Shown here: one piece after another, positions 56,939 through 60,174 of the stretch
Numbering within the stretch: position 1 is the stretch's first letter
Layout: each line of letters starts with the position of its first letter
NCBI GenBank assembly: GCA_015523565.1
Contig: WAKA01000203.1
Location: 1-60,174 of the forward strand
From: Candidatus Heimdallarchaeota archaeon
GTDB taxonomy: Archaea; Asgardarchaeota; Heimdallarchaeia; Heimdallarchaeales; Kariarchaeaceae
DNA length: 60,174 nt
Direction: 5' to 3'
Program-made: the position numbers and the translations under genes
Notes under the pieces: generated by a model
The model's database searches: none
Told to the model about the DNA's origin: nothing
What the model saw: the letters and a program-made list of their open reading frames with translations, nothing else

Positions 56939-58093
56939 ATGAAAATTAGACCAATTATATTGGTTATTGTGTTGTTCGGACTTAACAGCTTTTTTGCGGA
57001 TATCATTTACGAGGGTGCAAGATCCATCATGCCCAATTTTTTGAGAACATTTGGTTATACCGTATTTCAAGTGGGCATAATAATAGGCAGTGCTGAACTT
57101 GTTGGATATCTGTTTCGCCTTATTTCTGGTTATGTCTCAACCAAATCAAGACGTTATTGGATACTGATGGTTACTGGCTATGTTGGAACTTTAACAGTAC
57201 CCCTGATGGCATTCACAGACAGCAAGGGTATTATCATAGCTCTGATTTTCATGGAGAGAATTGCCAAGGGAATTCGTTCATCTCCTAAAAATGCGATTGT
57301 ATCCATATTGGTTCAACCAAATGAAAGGGGAAAAGCTTTTGGTTTCATAGAGGTTTTCGATGAATTTGGGGCTATGTTGGGACCAGTAATCCTGTCATAC
57401 TCTTTATGGAAAAGCGAAATCTATCAACAAGCCATCAAATTTTTGCTTATACCCTTTGCATTTGTTGTTTTAATGCAAATGTTACTGCCAGTTGTCTTTT
57501 ACAAAAAATTTTCCCAAAGTCTTGCATCTTCTATGTCAAAAGAAATTATGGAAAATGGTGATGAACTGAATCTCTCATTTTTCGTTTTTGTTGCCATTGT
57601 CTCACTCAATTTGATTTTTACGTATCCAATATCCATTAATCTTGTAATAAGTGAACCTTTGCTTTCCATTTGGAGTCTTCCATTGCTTTACCTTGTGGTT
57701 CATACATCTGATTTGGTTGCAGCATCAATAATCGGAAACATATACCATAAAAAAACTAATAAGCCATTTTATTTTCTCTTCTTAGTCTCAATTTTTACCT
57801 TTGTACCGCTTTTTGTCTCCTCCTCTCTCTCTTCTTTTATTTCTGCATCTGCTTTTGGCATAATACTAGGAATCAACGAATCAGCTGTAAGAGCAAGGGT
57901 GTCAGATGAAACCTCCACCAAAAATAGGGGAAAGGCATTCGGAATATTAAATTTTGCAACTGGTATGGCACTTTTCATTTCAAACGGATTGTTTGGTTTG
58001 ATTGCACAAATGAATAATTTTCAATCAGTTTTTGGGATAGTTTTCATATTCCTGCAAATTCTTCTTCTGTCTGTTTATCGCAAAATCAACTGA
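56939..58093 (+). CDS. MFS transporter
   Basis: About 12 TM; ERIAKGIR, RGKAFG in both halves. Confidence 0.9.
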   Translation: MKIRPIILVIVLFGLNSFFADIIYEGARSIMPNFLRTFGYTVFQVGIIIGSAELVGYLFRLISGYVSTKSRRYWILMVTGYVGTLTVPLMAFTDSKGIIIALIFMERIAKGIRSSPKNAIVSILVQPNERGKAFGFIEVFDEFGAMLGPVILSYSLWKSEIYQQAIKFLLIPFAFVVLMQMLLPVVFYKKFSQSLASSMSKEIMENGDELNLSFFVFVAIVSLNLIFTYPISINLVISEPLLSIWSLPLLYLVVHTSDLVAASIIGNIYHKKTNKPFYFLFLVSIFTFVPLFVSSSLSSFISASAFGIILGINESAVRARVSDETSTKNRGKAFGILNFATGMALFISNGLFGLIAQMNNFQSVFGIVFIFLQILLLSVYRKIN

Positions 58094-58191
58094 AAAATAT
58101 GCTATTTCCTATAATTCCCCTTTTTTTCATTAAACTTACTTATGTTTCTTTGTTAGAAAGGTTAAAATTATTAAAAACAGATTCAATAACG

Positions 58192-58554
58192 ATGGTATTC
58201 GTTACCTCTGAATTGGAAAAAGAGGCAAATGATTTTTCCCAATTGCAGATCCATCCAAAGCATAGAGAATATGTGGAAATGGTTGCGAACGTCATTGAGC
58301 AATATCTCGAAATCAACCATTTGGCTCTAATGGGTTTTGCCTGGAAAGCCATCAAGGAATGGCAGATCAAACACAAGATGACAGCATTGGAAGCATCCTA
58401 TAAAGATAAGGAATTCAGGGATCAGGCCACAAAAGAAATGTTTGATATCACCAAGGGATATCTGAAAAGAGTACTAAGAAACAAGGCTGATGAACCCATA
58501 ATCGATTTGGCGATCGATAAGGCATATCAATTTTATTTGAACAACATTTCCTGA
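58192..58554 (+). CDS. Hypothetical helical protein
   Basis: Open frame with normal composition; start set at MVFVTS. Confidence 0.7.
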   Translation: MVFVTSELEKEANDFSQLQIHPKHREYVEMVANVIEQYLEINHLALMGFAWKAIKEWQIKHKMTALEASYKDKEFRDQATKEMFDITKGYLKRVLRNKADEPIIDLAIDKAYQFYLNNIS

Positions 58555-58612
58555 TGCATTTGTTGCATTAGGAAACAATTCTTTTATTTCAAAAACTTCT
58601 ATAGGGGAATGA

Positions 58613-59563
58613 ATGCCAATTATAGAACTTGCAAAATCTGGTCGTGCCACATGTCGAACCTGTAAGGGGAAAATCGAGAAGGGAACCCCTAGAATTGGGG
58701 TTGAAAGTGTCTTCCGAAAAGACGGAAAAGAATATGTTAGCTATAAATGGCACCATTTTGACTGTGCAATGCAAAAAATCCCTGAAACTGTTGCAGAGGC
58801 CGACGGAGTGGAAAACCTTTCAGGAGAATACCGTAAACGGTTTGACCAATTGGTTGAATCATTGAACAGATCCGCTTTCGATTTCATCCCCTTTGAGGAA
58901 TTGAAGGATGAGGCGAATAAAATAAATATATATGGTGCTGTAGGGCGGGTTTTGCCGCCAAAAGAAATGGAAGCCCCAGACGGGTCAATGAAAACTGGAA
59001 CGATTGTTCAACTCAAATCTGGGGATATTAGCCGAAAGGCAATTCTATGGAATTCCACAGAAAAAATCAATAAGGGGGATGTGATTTATGCCGCCAATGT
59101 CTCTGCTCAATACGGAAATGATGGAAATCTGGTGATACATGCTGGCTTGACAGATGATTCTTCTATCAGCATCAATAGTAAACCCCAAATAACCAAGATT
59201 GAAAAATTCATCTCTGAGGCTTGGGAAAGACCAAAAAATAAAAGATGTCAATTTACACTTGCTAAGTCCAGCAGGGCAATTTGTCCTGTCTGTGAAGCAA
59301 AAATTGAAAAGAATCAAGTGAAAATCATTCAACCAATCTGGATTGAAACAGGAAGTGAAAATACAAAAATTGCTGGTGACAGAAGTTTCCATCCCGAATG
59401 CGTTGAAAAATATGAACATGGCAATGAAATTTTGCTTGAGGCAATTACACACCTTTCCATAAAATTTCTCAATGATCATAGAGAATACTTTGACCTGTTG
59501 GTAGACAATCTCCAAAGTAATATGGCAAAAACTGTCCTTCTTGACATTCTCTCATTTAAATAA
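58613..59563 (+). CDS. Protein with two PARP-type zinc fingers flanking an RPA/SSB-like OB fold
   Basis: ELAKSGRATCRTC..KI.KG..RIG...WHH..C; AKSSRAICPVC..KI.K....FH..C; central INIYG.V...DG......LW......GDVI...N. Confidence 0.85.
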   Translation: MPIIELAKSGRATCRTCKGKIEKGTPRIGVESVFRKDGKEYVSYKWHHFDCAMQKIPETVAEADGVENLSGEYRKRFDQLVESLNRSAFDFIPFEELKDEANKINIYGAVGRVLPPKEMEAPDGSMKTGTIVQLKSGDISRKAILWNSTEKINKGDVIYAANVSAQYGNDGNLVIHAGLTDDSSISINSKPQITKIEKFISEAWERPKNKRCQFTLAKSSRAICPVCEAKIEKNQVKIIQPIWIETGSENTKIAGDRSFHPECVEKYEHGNEILLEAITHLSIKFLNDHREYFDLLVDNLQSNMAKTVLLDILSFK

Positions 59564-59576
59564 AATTCAAGGGCGC

Positions 59577-59897
59577 TTATTCTTTCTTTTTGAGATTTTC
59601 CAGAATTTCTGTGTCGATCTGTTGAACTTTTGGCTTTGCATTGATTGTCTTGCTGAGACCAGGATCTGCAGAAGCCTCAAGATCTTGGTGAGTCCGATCA
59701 AAGTCGGCTTTGGTCGCTTTACCGATACATTCAGAAATGACTTTGTCTCCAATTCTTCTGCTCTTGTACCAGTAATAATAATCTTTCTGTTTTACAACGC
59801 CAGATTTGTTTTTCCAAGTTCGGGTGATTTTTCTTACGTAAACCATAGTACCATCAAACTCCATTGTTTGATTCAAGTCCTCTGCGGCCAATGCCAC
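59577..59897 (-). CDS. Small basic protein with mobile-element-type DNA-binding motif
   Basis: VYVRK...YYYWYKSRRIGDKVISECIGK. Confidence 0.65.
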   Translation of the reverse strand: MALAAEDLNQTMEFDGTMVYVRKITRTWKNKSGVVKQKDYYYWYKSRRIGDKVISECIGKATKADFDRTHQDLEASADPGLSKTINAKPKVQQIDTEILENLKKKE

Positions 59898-60058
59898 AAT
59901 AGGCTTGAGTTATTACTACTATCAAAATTCTCCCCTTTAAATGTTACTCTTGAAGAGAAAAACAACATCTCTCTTTTTCGCACTAATTGCACAGTTTGAC
60001 AAACTCAATTAACTCCTTACAATTTTTAAGCACAACTGAAAATTCAAACTATGTGATG

Positions 60059-60079
60059 AAAAACGAATGTTTCGTTTTT
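60059..60079. promoter_or_regulatory. Inverted repeat AAAAACGAA-TGT-TTCGTTTTT (candidate operator)
   Basis: Perfect 9-bp arms in the AT-rich non-coding region upstream of 59897. Confidence 0.45.
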
Positions 60080-60174
60080 TTTACAGAAAAATAAATTTGT
60101 TTAAAGTATTTCGTCAATTGCTTGATTGATATTCAATATAATAATTTATTACAATTTTATACTTAATATCGCAC

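Noticed and set aside
595-59999. Numerous short antisense or nested ORFs in the track (e.g. 15916-16440, 34785-35306, 40798-41292, 59541-59999)
   Set aside because: They are shadows of well-supported genes on the opposite strand or frame and carry no motifs.

Overview
A gene-dense, AT-rich archaeal contig, most likely from an Asgard archaeon (Heimdallarchaeia-like; this is an inference). The evidence is a Rab-like GTPase, a longin-like domain, a membrane RING protein, capped LRR proteins, archaeal-type riboflavin synthase, PyrBI and XerA. The first 21 nt are an untrimmed Tn5/Nextera mosaic end. Housekeeping content: truncated pyrC, a Zn/Mn ABC importer with a DtxR-like regulator, pyrBI, an M3 oligopeptidase, a biotin carboxylase with BCCP, a DEAD-box helicase, riboflavin genes, TatD, two ABC-2 exporters and an MFS transporter. 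The most notable items are: (i) a chemosensory core (cheC, cheD, cheB, two cheY, cheW, cheA) scattered over about 15.6 kb in mixed orientations, with no receptor, CheR or CheF in the window and with CheW fused to a Rho_N/HeH-like module; (ii) eukaryote-like membrane and ubiquitin-related candidates (a polytopic membrane RING protein operon, a protein resembling the lumenal domain of eukaryotic APD1-4-type E3 ligases, and a Rab-like gene beside a Tubby/LURP-like gene); (iii) a zf-PARP–OB–zf-PARP protein; (iv) a MoxR–DUF58 operon enclosing three unknown membrane proteins; (v) a decayed accessory patch near 24-27 kb that coincides with an apparent local GC-skew flip. No rRNA, tRNA or CRISPR array was recognised. 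All family calls come from motif recognition by eye, not from database searches.
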